Positions 51,592 through 64,000 of a stretch of 64,000 bases of DNA are shown here, one piece after another; position 1 is the first letter of the stretch; each line of letters opens with the position of its first letter. The notes under the pieces were generated by a model, which searched no databases, was not told where the DNA came from, and was given only the letters and a program-made list of their open reading frames with translations. A program made the position numbers and the translations under genes. Origin of the DNA: Octopus sinensis (lineage: Eukaryota); assembly GCF_006345805.1 (NCBI RefSeq), contig NC_043012.1, positions 27,342,001 to 27,406,000 of the forward strand. The letters run 5' to 3'.

Positions 51592-54500
51592 ATCATCATC
51601 ATTGTTTAGCATCCGCTTTCCATGCTAGCATGGGTTGGACGGTTCAACTGGGGTCTGAGAAGCCACAAGGCTGCACCAGGCCCAGTCTGATTTGGCAATG
51701 TTTCTACGGCTGGATGCCTTTCCTAACACCCACCACTCCGTGAGTGTAGTGGGTGCTTTTTACATGCCACCGATCGGATGGTGCTTTTTACGTGCCACCG
51801 GCATGGGAACCAGTCAGGGCAGCGCTGGCAACGGCCACGTTCAGATGGTTCTCTTACGTGCTACCGGCAGTGGTGTCACAGCTACAATTTCCATTGATGT
51901 TGATCGATTTTGATTTTGATTCTCACTTGCCTCAACAGGTCTTCACAAATAGAGTTTTGTGTCTCAAGAGGGAAAGGTATGCATAAGTGGGCTGGCTATG
52001 TCGCAGGTAGAGGCCACAGGTTATGGTCTCACTTGTCCTGCCGGGTCTTCTCACGCACAGCATACTTCCAAAGGTCTCAGTCTCTGGTTATTTCCTAGGT
52101 GAGACCTAAAGTTCAAAGGCCGTGCTTCACCACCTCGTCCACAGGTTCCCTCAACCGCTAGGGTGTGGCACTTTTTCACACAACTATCTTCATCCATTCT
52201 TGCCACATGACCATACCAGTGCAAACATCTCTCTTGCACACCACATCTGACGCTTCTTAGATCCAACTTTTCTCTCAAGATACTTACACTCTGTCGAGTA
52301 TGAACACTGACATTACACATACATCGGAGTATACTGGCTTCATTTCTTGCAAGCTTACGCATATCCTCAGCAGTCACGGCCAATGTTTCACTGCCATGTA
52401 GCATGGCTGTTCGTACACATGCGTCATACAGTCTGCTTTTTACTCTGAGCGAGAGGCCTTTTGTCACCAGCAGAGGTAAGAGCTATCTGAACTTTGCCCA
52501 AGCTATTCTTACTCTGGTAGTTACACTTTCAGCACACCCACCCCCGCTACTGACTTGGTCACCTAGTTAACGGAAGCTATCAACTATTTCTAGTTTTTCT
52601 CCCTGGAATGTGGCGGAAGTTGGTCTCTGCGCATTTTCAGTGTTTATTGCTCCTGAGCATCTGCCACATACAAAAACTATCTTCCTAGTTAGCCTTCCTT
52701 TGACATTGCTGCACCTCTTATGTGTCCATAGCTTACACTTGGTGCATCTTATAGAGTTTCTACCTATGCCTTTTCTACAGATCAAGCAGGGCCATCTACC
52801 TGAAGGCGATTGTGATTTGTCTACCTTCCTACTTATTAGGACTTTGGTTTTAGCTAGGTTGACTCTAAGGCCTTTGATTCTAATCCTTGCTTCCACATCT
52901 GAAACTTCTCCTCCAGTTCTGATAGTGACTCTGCAATTAGAGCAAAGTCATCAGCATAGAGCAGCTCCCAGGGGTATCCTGTCTTAAATTCCTCCGTTAT
53001 TGCCTGGAGGACTATGATAAATAGGAGGGGGCTGAGGACTGAACCTTCGTGGACCCCTACCTCTACCCGGAATTCTTCACTGTACTCGTTGCCAACCCTC
53101 AACTTACAAGCAGCGTCGCTGTACATGGCTCGCACAGCTCTCACTAACCATTCATCTATCCCTAGTTTCCTCATTGACCACCAGATAAGGGATCGGGGGA
53201 CCCTGTCAAAGGCTTTCTCCATGTCAACGAAAGCCAGGTACAGGGGGCTTATCTTTGGCTAGGTATTTCTCCTGCAACTGTCTTAGCAGAAATATAGCAT
53301 CAGTGGTGCTTTTCCCTGGCACAAACCCAAACTGCATCTCATCTAAACTAACTCTCTCTCTAATTAGATGGGCTATGACCATCTGCGTGACCTTCATTAC
53401 CTGATCCAACAGCTTGATACCTCTGTAATTATTTGTATCTAGGGCGTCACCTTTACCTTTGTAGCAGTTGACTATTATGCTGCTACACCAGTCATTGGGT
53501 ATGACTCTTTCGTGTATCACCTGGTTAACTATATGGGTGACTAGGCTATAACCGACACTACCAGATATTTTGAGCATCTCTGCAGTAATTCCTGATGGGC
53601 CTGGAGCTTTCCCTGTTTTCATGTTTCTAATTGCCTTAACTACCAAGGAACTGTCAACTCAGATAGCTGATCCCTCTGTTGGGTCAACATTCGGCAGACT
53701 CTCTTTGTCCCATTAATTTTCTTATTCAGCAACTCATTTAGCGCAAGTGTACCATCATCCATGTGAACACATTTCTCTCCTACCACATCACGATTCTCTC
53801 TCACACACTGTCTTGAACACAAAATACCTCAAGTCTTTGGTCCTCCTACCACATCACGATTCATCTTGCATATCTTTTTTCTTGGCGCAGAACATTGGCA
53901 AATTTTTTCTTATCTGCTTCCCCTCTGGCTAAATAAACCTGTCTCCTAGCTTCTCTTTTGGGAGTCTGATACAATTCCCTGCTACCACCATTCTTCCAGT
54001 CCTTCCAAGCCTGTCTCTTTTCTCTAATAGCCCTGTCAACAATATTGTTCCACCACCACGTTATTTTGGGTCGAGAGGGGACTTTGCACCATCCACAGAC
54101 CTGGTCAGTGGCTCTCAGCAGATTGTCCCTTAGAAACCTCCAGTTGTCTTCTACACTATGTGAATCTATATCCTCATTTATTTCGTCAAAGGCTTCGAGT
54201 AATATGTCTCTAAATCTCTGTCCATTCGCAAGATCTTTAAGCTTCCAGACCCTTCTTTTCCATGTTCGTCGTCTTCTGGGCGTCCACTTAATCCTGATCC
54301 TAAAGTCACTAACTACCAGTCTATGTTGTGGGGATACATTCTTCACCTGGGAAGGTTTTGGCATTTATAAGCAGCCATCTTTCCCTTTTTCTGGCAAGGA
54401 TGTAGTAAATTTGGCTAGTATGTCGGCCTGATCGGTAGGTGACTAGGTGACAGGTAGGTTTCCTGAAGTTAGTATTGCAAACCATAAGATCATTTGCATC

Positions 54501-55500
54501 ACAGAACTCCAGCAGCCTGGTTCCCTCCTCATTGCGGGAACCATAGCCATAGCCTCTATGTATGCCATGGAAGTCCCCTGTATGCTGTCCAACATGTCCA
54601 TTGAAGTCACCAGCCACAAAAAGAAGGTCCCTGTCGTTCATCAACGAGGTAGTCCGCAGTAGGGTGTGGCACTTTTTCACACAACTATCTTCATCCATTC
54701 TTGTCACATGACCATACCAGCGCAAACATCTCTCTTGCACACCACATCTGACGCTTCTTAGATCCAACTTTTCTCTCAAGGTACTTACACTCTGTCGAGT
54801 ATGAACACTGACATTACACATACATCGGAGCATACTGGCTTCATTTCTTGCAAGCTTACGCATATCCTCAACAGTCACGGCCAATGTTTCACTGCCATGT
54901 AGTATGGCTGTTCGTACACATGCGTCATACAGTCTGCCTTTTACTCTGAGCGAGAGGCCTTTTGTCACCAGCAGAGGTAAGAGCTCTCTGAACTTTGCCC
55001 CAGGCTATTCTTACTCTGGCAGTTACACTTTCAGCCCCCCCCCCCCCCCCCGCTACTGACTTGGTCACCTAGGTAATGGAAGCTATCAACTATTTCTAGT
55101 TTTTCTCCCTGGAATGTGGCGGAAGTTGTCCATCGGGTAGCCTCGACTGAGGGGCGTAGGCCGATATAATGGTTGCTAACCCATGGTGAAACATTAATCT
55201 AATTTTAAGTATTCTGTTGCATACTCTGACTACCTCAATTACCTTATCTACCCATTTTTCAGCGAGAAGTATACCAACGCCCCCGACCCTGTCAGTGTTC
55301 CCTGCCCAGAAAATCTTGTACCTGTGTTCTTTGCCTGTGAGGAACCTAGCAGAACATCCTCTCCACTTTACTTCTTGGATGCAGCATATATCAACACATC
55401 TCAACAATCTCACTAGACCTACCTTTCAATGTGCCAATCCTGAGGGTGTGGGAGGTATGGGCTCGTGAGACCCTGGGGTGGGGGACAGTGGCTTCATGTA
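51592..55500 (-). mobile_element. Near full-length RTE LINE (endonuclease, RT, PHD-like insert) with internal duplication; 5' UTR may extend to about 55870
   Basis: CCIQEVKW..GGVGILL, AGDFNGHVG, TWWWN, EKAFDRVPR, ELLYADD across frameshifted ORFs; (CAT)n tail. Confidence 0.93.
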
Positions 55501-57639
55501 CCTGAAAAGAAAACTCGCATTTGGCAGAATTCATAGACAAACAATACAGTAGCCTTCAGTTCAACCTGCATAACACTACCCTTTCATATTTTGCACTATA
55601 TGATCACTACCTAACATAGGAGATAGCCCTAGACTAGGGGTGGGGAAGGCATACAGCCTTTTGTAGAGTTCATGGGAGGCAACCCAGGGTTGACATAGGA
55701 TAGGGATAATAGGAACTTCCGGTAAGGCTGGAGGGGGTGGGAGGGCGGTCGAACCTTGAACTAGGGATGGGTCTGCTTAGCATGGTTTAAACAAGACAGC
55801 AAGTGTTGATAATAGAGAAAATAGACTTGAGAACAAAAATATCTGAGAGTTGTCCGTCGGACATTCTAAGACAAAACTTAGGAGCTGAATGAGTCAATGA
55901 ACATGTAAGGTTATCTTAAGGGAACAGCAAGGAAGACGAGCCTATTTGAAAACTATATTTACATGATGGTATGTTACTAGACAGAATAATGAACAGAGCT
56001 AATAGCAGAGGGGTTTATGATCTATGCTGAAATAGTAAGGTGGATGAAACAAGGTTGAAAAGATGGGAAAAGCACTTATAAACTACATTTCTGTGCAGAC
56101 AGGATCCAGGATGCAACAATTACATGTTTTTCTTCTTGTTTCATCATTAATCTTCTATTCAACTGAGGTCAAGTAGTAGTGGGTGGCCTGGCATATCATT
56201 TTTATAAGAATTAGTTTGGGTTTTTGAGTTATGGAGTGCAACACAAGGGTTTGAGTGGGTAGACATCTTAAGTCTAAGTTTTGGATCTATTAATGGAGGC
56301 TATAATCGATACAATTTGGTGTAGTGGAATATAAGAGTTTCACAAATGACTTGTTGAAGATAGAATAGCTATTTATGATGTTATGGTAATTCCTAAATGA
56401 CACATTATATATTCAGGTGTTATCCATAAATGCTTTTTTTTAATAAATTTAATTGGTTTGCTTAAAGAGGAGGCCATAGTATTAGATTGTGAGTTAGTTC
56501 TTGTGATGAAATTGGCAACTTTAATTTTCAGTTTGTATCTTATTTGTACCTTATTATCCATTTCAAATACAATATTTAAATTATAACAATTGCATGTAGT
56601 AATACATGTAGTAATCCATGCCTACATGTTGAAATGCATAGTACTAAAATACATATATGCAGTTATAGATAACTGTATAAGCATACATTGTTTGATATGT
56701 ATGTACATATGTGTAGATGTATATGTGTGTATGTTAGTGTACAAGTATGTACATGCATGCACATATGAGTATGTGTAAATATATATATAGAATATATATG
56801 TATTATATATGTATGCATGCATGTAAAAAAATAAATTTAAAAAAAAGAATAAATAAAATAAAATAAAGCAAGTTTGAATTTTAACTGTTGTTCTTGAAAA
56901 GAGTGTCATATATATGTATATATATGTGTATGTATGTTTGTGTATATGTATATATGTATGTAGAGATGGATGAGCGTATATGTGTGTATACTTTAAGATT
57001 ATACGTATATTTGTGAGTATGTGTAAGTGTCTATATGATTGTGTTTACTTGTATATATGTATAAGGTTAATCTAAGATGTATCCATTCACTGTTAGATGG
57101 TGGTGAGAGGCACAAACGCACACACACACACATGTGTGTGTCTATATAAATGTATATGTGTGTATATATACAACCTTCAACAAGGTAACAGTCATGTATA
57201 CAACTTGAACTGACACATATCATTACATGAACATGTACACAGACACGTCTACACACTCTCCTAAATACTCACATACATATGTAAGAACATAAGCACATAC
57301 ATACATGTGTATAGGCATGCACACATGCATGCGCACATACATGTGCACACATACATATGCACATACATACATAAATACATACACACACATACATACGTAC
57401 ATATATATCATGAACTGTTACTTTCTCAGATGCAGCACAAAGTTTTGTCAGTGAACAGGTTGCGGTCTCAAAGCGATGAAAATATTTTGACAAATTAAAC
57501 TTAAAATGTTGAAGTGAATCTAACGGTTTTTGTGTGTTTCTTAAATGGCTTATAAACACCTGCCATGCTGCAATTGTTTTTGTTCCAGCACACGATCTCA
57601 GATCAAGTCACTCGCTATGCAAGTACATCTCCGTAATTT

Positions 57640-58250
57640 AAATTATAATTTTTCAAGAATTTCATCAAAGATTTCTTAATGCATTCAATCTCCAGATGGG
57701 ATAAATTTTTAGCTGCAAAAAGTGCATCATGTCTATAGAAACCACTGGAAATGTTATGAAAATATCGCTTAAATTGCGAAAGGAGGAATAAGTTCACAAG
57801 GTCTGTTATTTGGGCTGAATCACATGAGTCCAAAAGTTTGAGGATGTGTTTCAAGTCCAGTTATTATCATTGAAGTTGATGAGAGTTTTTCTAGGTGCTA
57901 AAATTAGGTCTATATCAGATGCAGAAATGGCTAGATAGTTTCGGGCAAAGGTTAATGCTTCGCCCAATAGGATGGGTGATACTGATGCACAGTAATCAGA
58001 TATATCAGATTGAAAGAAATTAATATGATGTTTGTCATTGAGGGAGTGAAACCATGTGATAATGTTACCAGTAGAATTTCAAAGGGAGAACCCTACATTA
58101 TCCTTGACTCAGGGTAATATTCTATTTGTAATTGTTTTACTAATTTTGCTTAAGTCATGGTCAGTGAGACAGATTAACACAGATTAACAGGATACAGGGT
58201 TTAGATTGGAAATTGGGCTTATGACCCTTCAGAGTAAAATGAAAGGTTCA
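57640..58250 (-). mobile_element. Old Penelope-like RT fragment
   Basis: Manual translation FTLKGHKPNFQSKP..LSKISK..NSTGNIITWF..QSDISDY..RKTL and DLVNLFLL..GFYRHDAL (cf. GLYRDDGL). Confidence 0.65.
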
Positions 58251-58777
58251 TGGTGTGTATGGTTCTTTTCTATTCAATAGGTCTAAATCTGCTATATGTG
58301 TATGTGTGTGTGTATAGTATTGATAGTAGGAGATGGATTTCGTATTAGACTTTTATTAGGTAAAACAGGTTTTGAGCCATCAGTCTGGGTCTCTTCAGGT
58401 ACATTGATAAAGAAGTCTCACTAGATATTTTTTGTGTCAACTGGCTTGTTGTTATATGCTCATCCAGTTTGAGAATGAATAAATGCAAAAAATATTGTAG
58501 AAATGCAAAAAATTCAAACATGAACATGGAAAACATTTGCTCCAATTTCAAGAAAATGATGCAATCAGCTTTTGCTGTCGTAACTGCTTAGAGGAAAAAG
58601 AAAGTAGAAAGTGAAAGAAAGATTAATATATACAGTAGCTGCTTTTTCGCATATGAGCAAAGCCATTGCTAGAAAGAATCAATGAAATGAGTCATTGATG
58701 ATGCAAAGTGAGACCCTTGTATGACTCTTGAGCCTGGCCAAAGATTTGCACAGTCTATTGCAAAATGCACAATCAGC

Positions 58778-58960
58778 AGTGGTGAGACTGAAGATACTTT
58801 CATCGCTGATTTCATTGTTGGTCTTTGCACTGGGCAGATCAAGACTGGAGATCTCTACTGATCAGAATGTCTGGCAAAATACAACCAAATTCTGCAAAAT
58901 GAAGAAGAGTCGGGTTCCAAAGCTAAATTTGCTGGTAAAAATTTCTGCAACCCAAAGTAA
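58778..58960 (+). pseudogene. ENO: Enolase C-terminal pseudogene fragment, intronless
   Basis: Manual translation [59 protein letters not shown]; matches enolase [59 protein letters not shown]; stop at 58859-58861. Confidence 0.93.
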
Positions 58961-59135
58961 TTGCATGCTGAAATTCCTCTCTTCTTTTCCCATTATTCTT
59001 TTGATTCTGATTTAAAAAGAACAGGTCAATTTTTACTATAACTTCTAAATTTAATTTTTAGTATCTATATAACCAGAATACACACACACACATATACTAT
59101 ATATATGTATATTATTTAATAACAGTTTGAGCTCT

Positions 59136-59188
59136 ATGCAACTGAAAGTTTTGTAAGGGTCCTAGAATGAATATTACTCATCAGGCAT
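59136..59188 (-). ncRNA. Hammerhead motif with one core mutation, inside a short hairpin element (59108-59282)
   Basis: ATGC-CTGATGA-GTAA[17 nt]TTAC-AAAAC-TTTCA-GTT-GCAT; GAAA changed to AAAA. Confidence 0.65.
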
Positions 59189-60699
59189 CTAGACAGACAG
59201 CTTGCCAAGTTTGATTCATTCTATCAGTCTATGAAATTCTAAGTTGTATAGAGCTGAGTTCAACCTTAATTAAATAATATCTGTAACTTCTACAAAATGC
59301 TTTGAGTGCCAAAGGGACTTCACATGTAATCACATGGAAAAGCAGAGAAAACCAGGTCCCGACGTCAATGAGGGCAAATGTTGCAAGCTGTGCATAGCAG
59401 AATGGGTGAGGATATTAAAAATTCCTTTGATCCAGCGAAGATCTTAAATTCCAGGACAGAAGTCTTCAGGCCCTATTTACACCTCAGGGGATTCCTACTG
59501 AACTCCCAGGACCCACAATCTGACTGGATGAATTCTAGATAGTGGTCTAAAGAAGACAATCCTTTGTGTTGGACCATTCTTCTTTGTTTATGTGTTCAAA
59601 AACTAGCCACGAGGCCTTTTCTCCTTCCATTTAGAATGAAGGTTATAGGCACTGGCCACTAGGGTATGATGAGATGTATGTAAATCTAAGCACTTTATGG
59701 ATGTGAAACCAAGAATAACCCTATGAATTGGCCATAACTACCTTTCTCTAAATATATATGTCTAATATAATAGATGTGAAAACTAATTTCTGTGTGTCAG
59801 TTTGTCACACTTCAACCCCTCTCTCACTATTCATTGATACTTCTACTATTGTTTTGATGAAAATTGTTCACTGCTTGAAAAATATTGTTCAAGTTTAATA
59901 GAAATTAATATGTACTCAATGCATAAAGTGTTATGGTTGGGCCCAAGGCCTAATGAAGAGCCCTCCACAGGAGCTAGTTTAAAAGCTATTGGTCAAGGAG
60001 GGTAACATGATGTTGTAGTGAATAATGTCAATTTGATAGTAACACCACTACCATCAGACTGGGGAGTTTCTTTAACTGTGTGGTTGGACAGGAAAATGGT
60101 GGCATGTGTTTGGAAATGGCAATGATAAGGTTGATGAGTGTATGAGTTTGTATGCATGTGTATGTGTGTGTGTGTGTATACTTGTGCACATATGCATATA
60201 CATGGAGTGTGAATGTGGGTCTGTTATTGGTTGTATGGATGTGTATGCATATTTGTGTCGGTCTGTGTTAGTTGCTATTATGTTGATATTTAATGGTTGT
60301 TTTTGCAAGTGCATGTGTGTGTTGATACCTGCCACATACAGAAAGATGGGTGGGTGTGGTTTTGTTATGTATGTCTGCTACTATGGCAGGTATGGTGTTT
60401 ATGTGTGAGGATGTGCATGCATGTATATGTGTGGGTGTGTGTGTGTGTGTATGGACGGATACAAGCATATTTCTAGCAGAGAAATAAGTGGATAAAGTGA
60501 TTTATCCAAGTCCTTTGTCAACTTATCTACCATGATTGAAGTCCTGAGGTCGTATTTCTTAACTTCATCCCATGTCTACCTCTTTCACAGGTTCCAACCA
60601 CATTAAGCAAATAGCACTTCTTTATATGGCTGGCAATACGAGGTTCTCAAAATGATTCGCTTGCCTCAAGGAAACTGAGTTCTGGAAGTGCTACGTTTT

Positions 60700-61345
60700 G
60701 GGTCCATTACAGTGAGTCTCCCAGCTCCACACTCATCCATTATGCTTGCCTCTTTTCCCTTGGCTCCAAAGTCTATCCAACTTATCGTACTTGTTTTGTC
60801 CTCCTAATCCCAGTAACTGCATCATCTTTACTACTCCTGCTCCTCACTGCATTGCTCTATCTTCCCTAGCTTGTGGCACTTGTTTTAGCCAACCTTCAAC
60901 CCTATCAATTATGGCAGTTTGCCTCCCCACCTGTTAATCACCTCCCACTCAGCATATGCTTTGTGGGAGCCACTTGAGTACCTTACTGTCATTACTTGTC
61001 TTGCAGCTCTCTTTTACTCCCTCAATTATTTTTTCTTTACTAGATGTGAGTAATCATGCAGATTCCTCTGCAGGAACCTACTCTGCCACCCCATCTCTCA
61101 TAGCAACCCCTAGCATGAAGCTGATCCCCACATCTACCCAAGGGCTCATGGTACTGCAAACTAAATGGTGACCTCAATAGTGCAGTCCATGCTGTAGTGT
61201 GGTAGACATTAGAAAGGGCATCCAACAGTAAAAAAGAAATCGTGCTTGAGCAGACATTGGAGCTTGATGAAGCACTTGGACACAGCAGATCCTGTCAAAC
61301 TATTGAAACCATGCCAGCATGGAACATGGACATTAAATGATGATA
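60700..61345 (+). mobile_element. Old RTE 3' UTR fragment
   Basis: AAGGGCATCCAAC..CATGCCAGCATGGAACATGGACATTAAATGATGAT terminus as in other copies. Confidence 0.6.
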
Positions 61346-61355
61346 ATTATATATA

Positions 61356-61386
<31 letters not shown>

Positions 61387-61625
61387 TAATCCATATTCAT
61401 TAGTAATTAAACTAAAATATTCAGAAAAGACTAAATCTTAATGAGTAATAATTCACTTTCACAAAAAGTACAATTACGACTAACAATACATATGATAATT
61501 TTATAATAAATTGTAATTATAAAGTGTTATAAAGATTAAAATTTTAAATTTAAAAGAAAAAATGTTTTAAAAAATAACCATTCTACATGAACTACAGTAA
61601 AAAAATTAGTATCAAATAATATAAT

Positions 61626-62385
61626 AAACAAGAGCACTCAGAGAGTGCAAACCTCTGCCAAGGCAACACCAACAACATCTGGTGATTAGCTGGAGATGAT
61701 TTTTAAAATGAGAATATCTGAAATAAACTCGACTGCTCTCACAAATGAGAATACTAAAAATGAACCTGACCACTCTCAAAAATTAAGTATAAAAAATCCA
61801 GAAAAATAATCCAGAATCCCTGTCTGGTACCTGATCGATCCCAATTGTAGTCATGGAATGTGAAGGTGGCTGTAGAAAATTTAGTAACAGTAATAAATAG
61901 TTTATCCTTATCTAATACAAGCCAAAGTGAACAAATTCACCATTCAAAATAGTTTCAAAGGCAGTGGTAATAAATAATTTCTACTCAGGAATTTTTAAAT
62001 GAATAGCGTGAGACCTTTTGGTCTTCTCTTCTCTTAAATTCCGGCCTTCCTTTAGTATTCCCATTGATTTAGAATGATGTATAGATGTATGTATTTATGT
62101 AAAGTGTTAAATGTATGTATGTTATATAAAATATACATTATAAAAATATGTTAGTGTTATTTAATTTCTGAACGTGTAAAGTAAAGAAAATATAAAAGAC
62201 AACTCAGAGTCTTTGTCCGGGACTGGATTGATCCCAAAATCTACTTGAGACTGTGCCAGTCACAAGGCCAAACATCCTTGAAAGTTTCATCCAAATCCAA
62301 CTGGCAGATTTTGGGATATCTAGTCCACAGACAAACAAACACGACTGAAAACAATACCTCCGCTTCGCTTAGGAGGATGTAATAA
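61626..62385. mobile_element. Probable Helentron-associated (HINE/DINE-like) element
   Basis: Starts AACAAGAGCACTCAGAGAGTGC (hairpin), has AAAGTTTCATCCAAATCC..ACAGACAAAC and a terminal CCTCC..GGAGG stem-loop. Confidence 0.5.
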
Positions 62386-62754
62386 TAAGTAAACAAGTAA
62401 ATACAAATAAGAGACATATTATTCCTATCTAGACAATTTGTGTGTATAAACACACAAGGATGAGAGAGAGAGAGAGAGAAAGGGAAAGGTGAATAGACGG
62501 CTGAATTGGTAACTGTTTGAAATACTGGGAAAAGGGGAATGTTATATCATAGTTACAAACTCATAACATCAACGGAAAGAGTACATGTGTTCATATATGT
62601 ATACATATACAAGTATGTGTACATGTTTATATGTGTGTGTATACATATATATGTGTGTAAATGTGGATGTATGAGTTTGTATATGAGTGTGTGTGTGTGT
62701 CTATAAGTATAAATCTGTATAAATGTGTGTGTGTATATGCGTGCATGCATATGA

Positions 62755-62789
<35 letters not shown>

Positions 62790-63089
62790 TATATACATAT
62801 ATATATATATAAATCTGTGTGCATCTATATAAATATACGTTCATCAAAGGATGCTTACAAATGTGTATTTATGTATGTATACATCTGAATGAGTTTATAT
62901 ATATCCATGTGTGTATGTATGTAATGTGTGTATGTATGTAATGCGTGTATGTTCATATATGCATATATAAGTATGCATAAATATATAAATGTGTACATGT
63001 ATATATAAGTATGCATATATTTATAACTTTAATTGTGTATGCACACCTATATACACCCAAATGTACATACTTCACTGTGTGTGTATATG

Positions 63090-64000
63090 TTAAGGTGTTT
63101 GGAAAGTAATTGTGTTTTTTCACCACGATGAAATATGAATCAACTAATCATATCAGAGCCAAGGTTGAATGAGTGGGAACTGTCTAGAAATAATATATCA
63201 TCTCTTCTATCTGGCAGTGTATCATTCATAGTTATTTCGGTGATTGACCCCATGGAGGATAAGAACTTTATGAAACAATATATTCACCATTGCTTAACAG
63301 TGTGAGTTTCAAAACAAAAGTACCACTACAGAAGCAATGAAAAACATGTGAGTGCAGTGAAAGCTCATACATGTCAGCTGTGGTTTAACAGACTTAAAGG
63401 TGGAAATTGTGACATATCCAACAAGCCTCGCCCTGGAAGACAAGCCACTCTGAATGATGACCTCTTGAATGAGACTATTGCATCAGGTCCATGTCAAAGC
63501 ACCAGAGATTTGGTGCAAAAATTTAATGTGTTACGTTCAACTATCCTCTAACATCTCAAGCAAATTGGGAAAACAAGCAAAGAGGAAATTTGGGTTCTAC
63601 ATGAGCTTACGCTTGAGAACTGAACACAACATTCCACCATCTGCAGCAGTCTTCTAGCCAGGAATAACACCTGTTATTTCTGCAGAGCATTGTTACAGGC
63701 ATTGAAAAATGAGTTTTGCATCACAATAGATAATGAAAAAGACAACAGTTATCATGTAATGAGAGGCCAGTGCCAACACCAAAACCAGAGCTTCTTACAC
63801 TAAAATTCTTGCTCTGTGTTTAGTGAAACATGAAAGCTACTGTCCATTATGAGCATGCAAGGACCATCAATGTAGATGTCTACTACCAACAAATTGATTG
63901 TGTAAATGAAAAATTATGTTGAAAGTGGCCAGCTTTGGTAAATAGAAAAAGTGTTATTCACCAGCATGACAATGCACAGCTACACTCTTCAAAACAAACC
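63090..64000 (+). mobile_element. Decayed mariner, runs off the window
   Basis: WFNRLKGGNCDISNKPRPGR HTH region, IWVLHEL (cf. WVPHEL), HQHDNAQLH at the window end. Confidence 0.8.

Noticed and set aside
58728-59015. 95-aa ORF from the track
   Set aside because: Alternative frame overlapping the enolase pseudogene; no recognisable protein
1-64000. CRISPR arrays, prokaryotic operons, rRNA or viral genes
   Set aside because: No regularly spaced repeat-spacer pattern or prokaryote-like gene density; sequence is a eukaryotic intron landscape

Overview
AT-rich, repeat-saturated eukaryotic DNA. The repeat families and (TA)n/(CA)n content look like a coleoid cephalopod, probably Octopus (inference). 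The only host gene supported is SHOC2/soc-2 on the minus strand: three LRR-coding exons (16959-16845, 16751-16627, 1026-939) with canonical, phase-compatible splice sites. The rest appears intronic and is filled with decayed transposons: about 10 RTE-clade LINE copies whose RT carries an inserted PHD-type finger, two CR1/Jockey-group LINEs, several Penelope-like elements (PLEs), tRNA-derived SINEs, mariner/Tc1, piggyBac derivatives, Helitrons, a long-TIR (Sola2-like) transposon and a solo LTR, often nested. Features not visible in the ORF track: (i) at least 8 minimal hammerhead-ribozyme motifs tied to PLE fragments, one apparently intact (32859-32922) and one downstream of a tRNA-like Pol III head; (ii) an intronless enolase C-terminal pseudogene fragment (58778-58960) damaged largely at CpG codons; (iii) templated internal duplications inside two LINEs; (iv) a 7 kb foldback with nested insertions. 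All calls were made by eye; repeat boundaries without a stated TSD or terminus are approximate.
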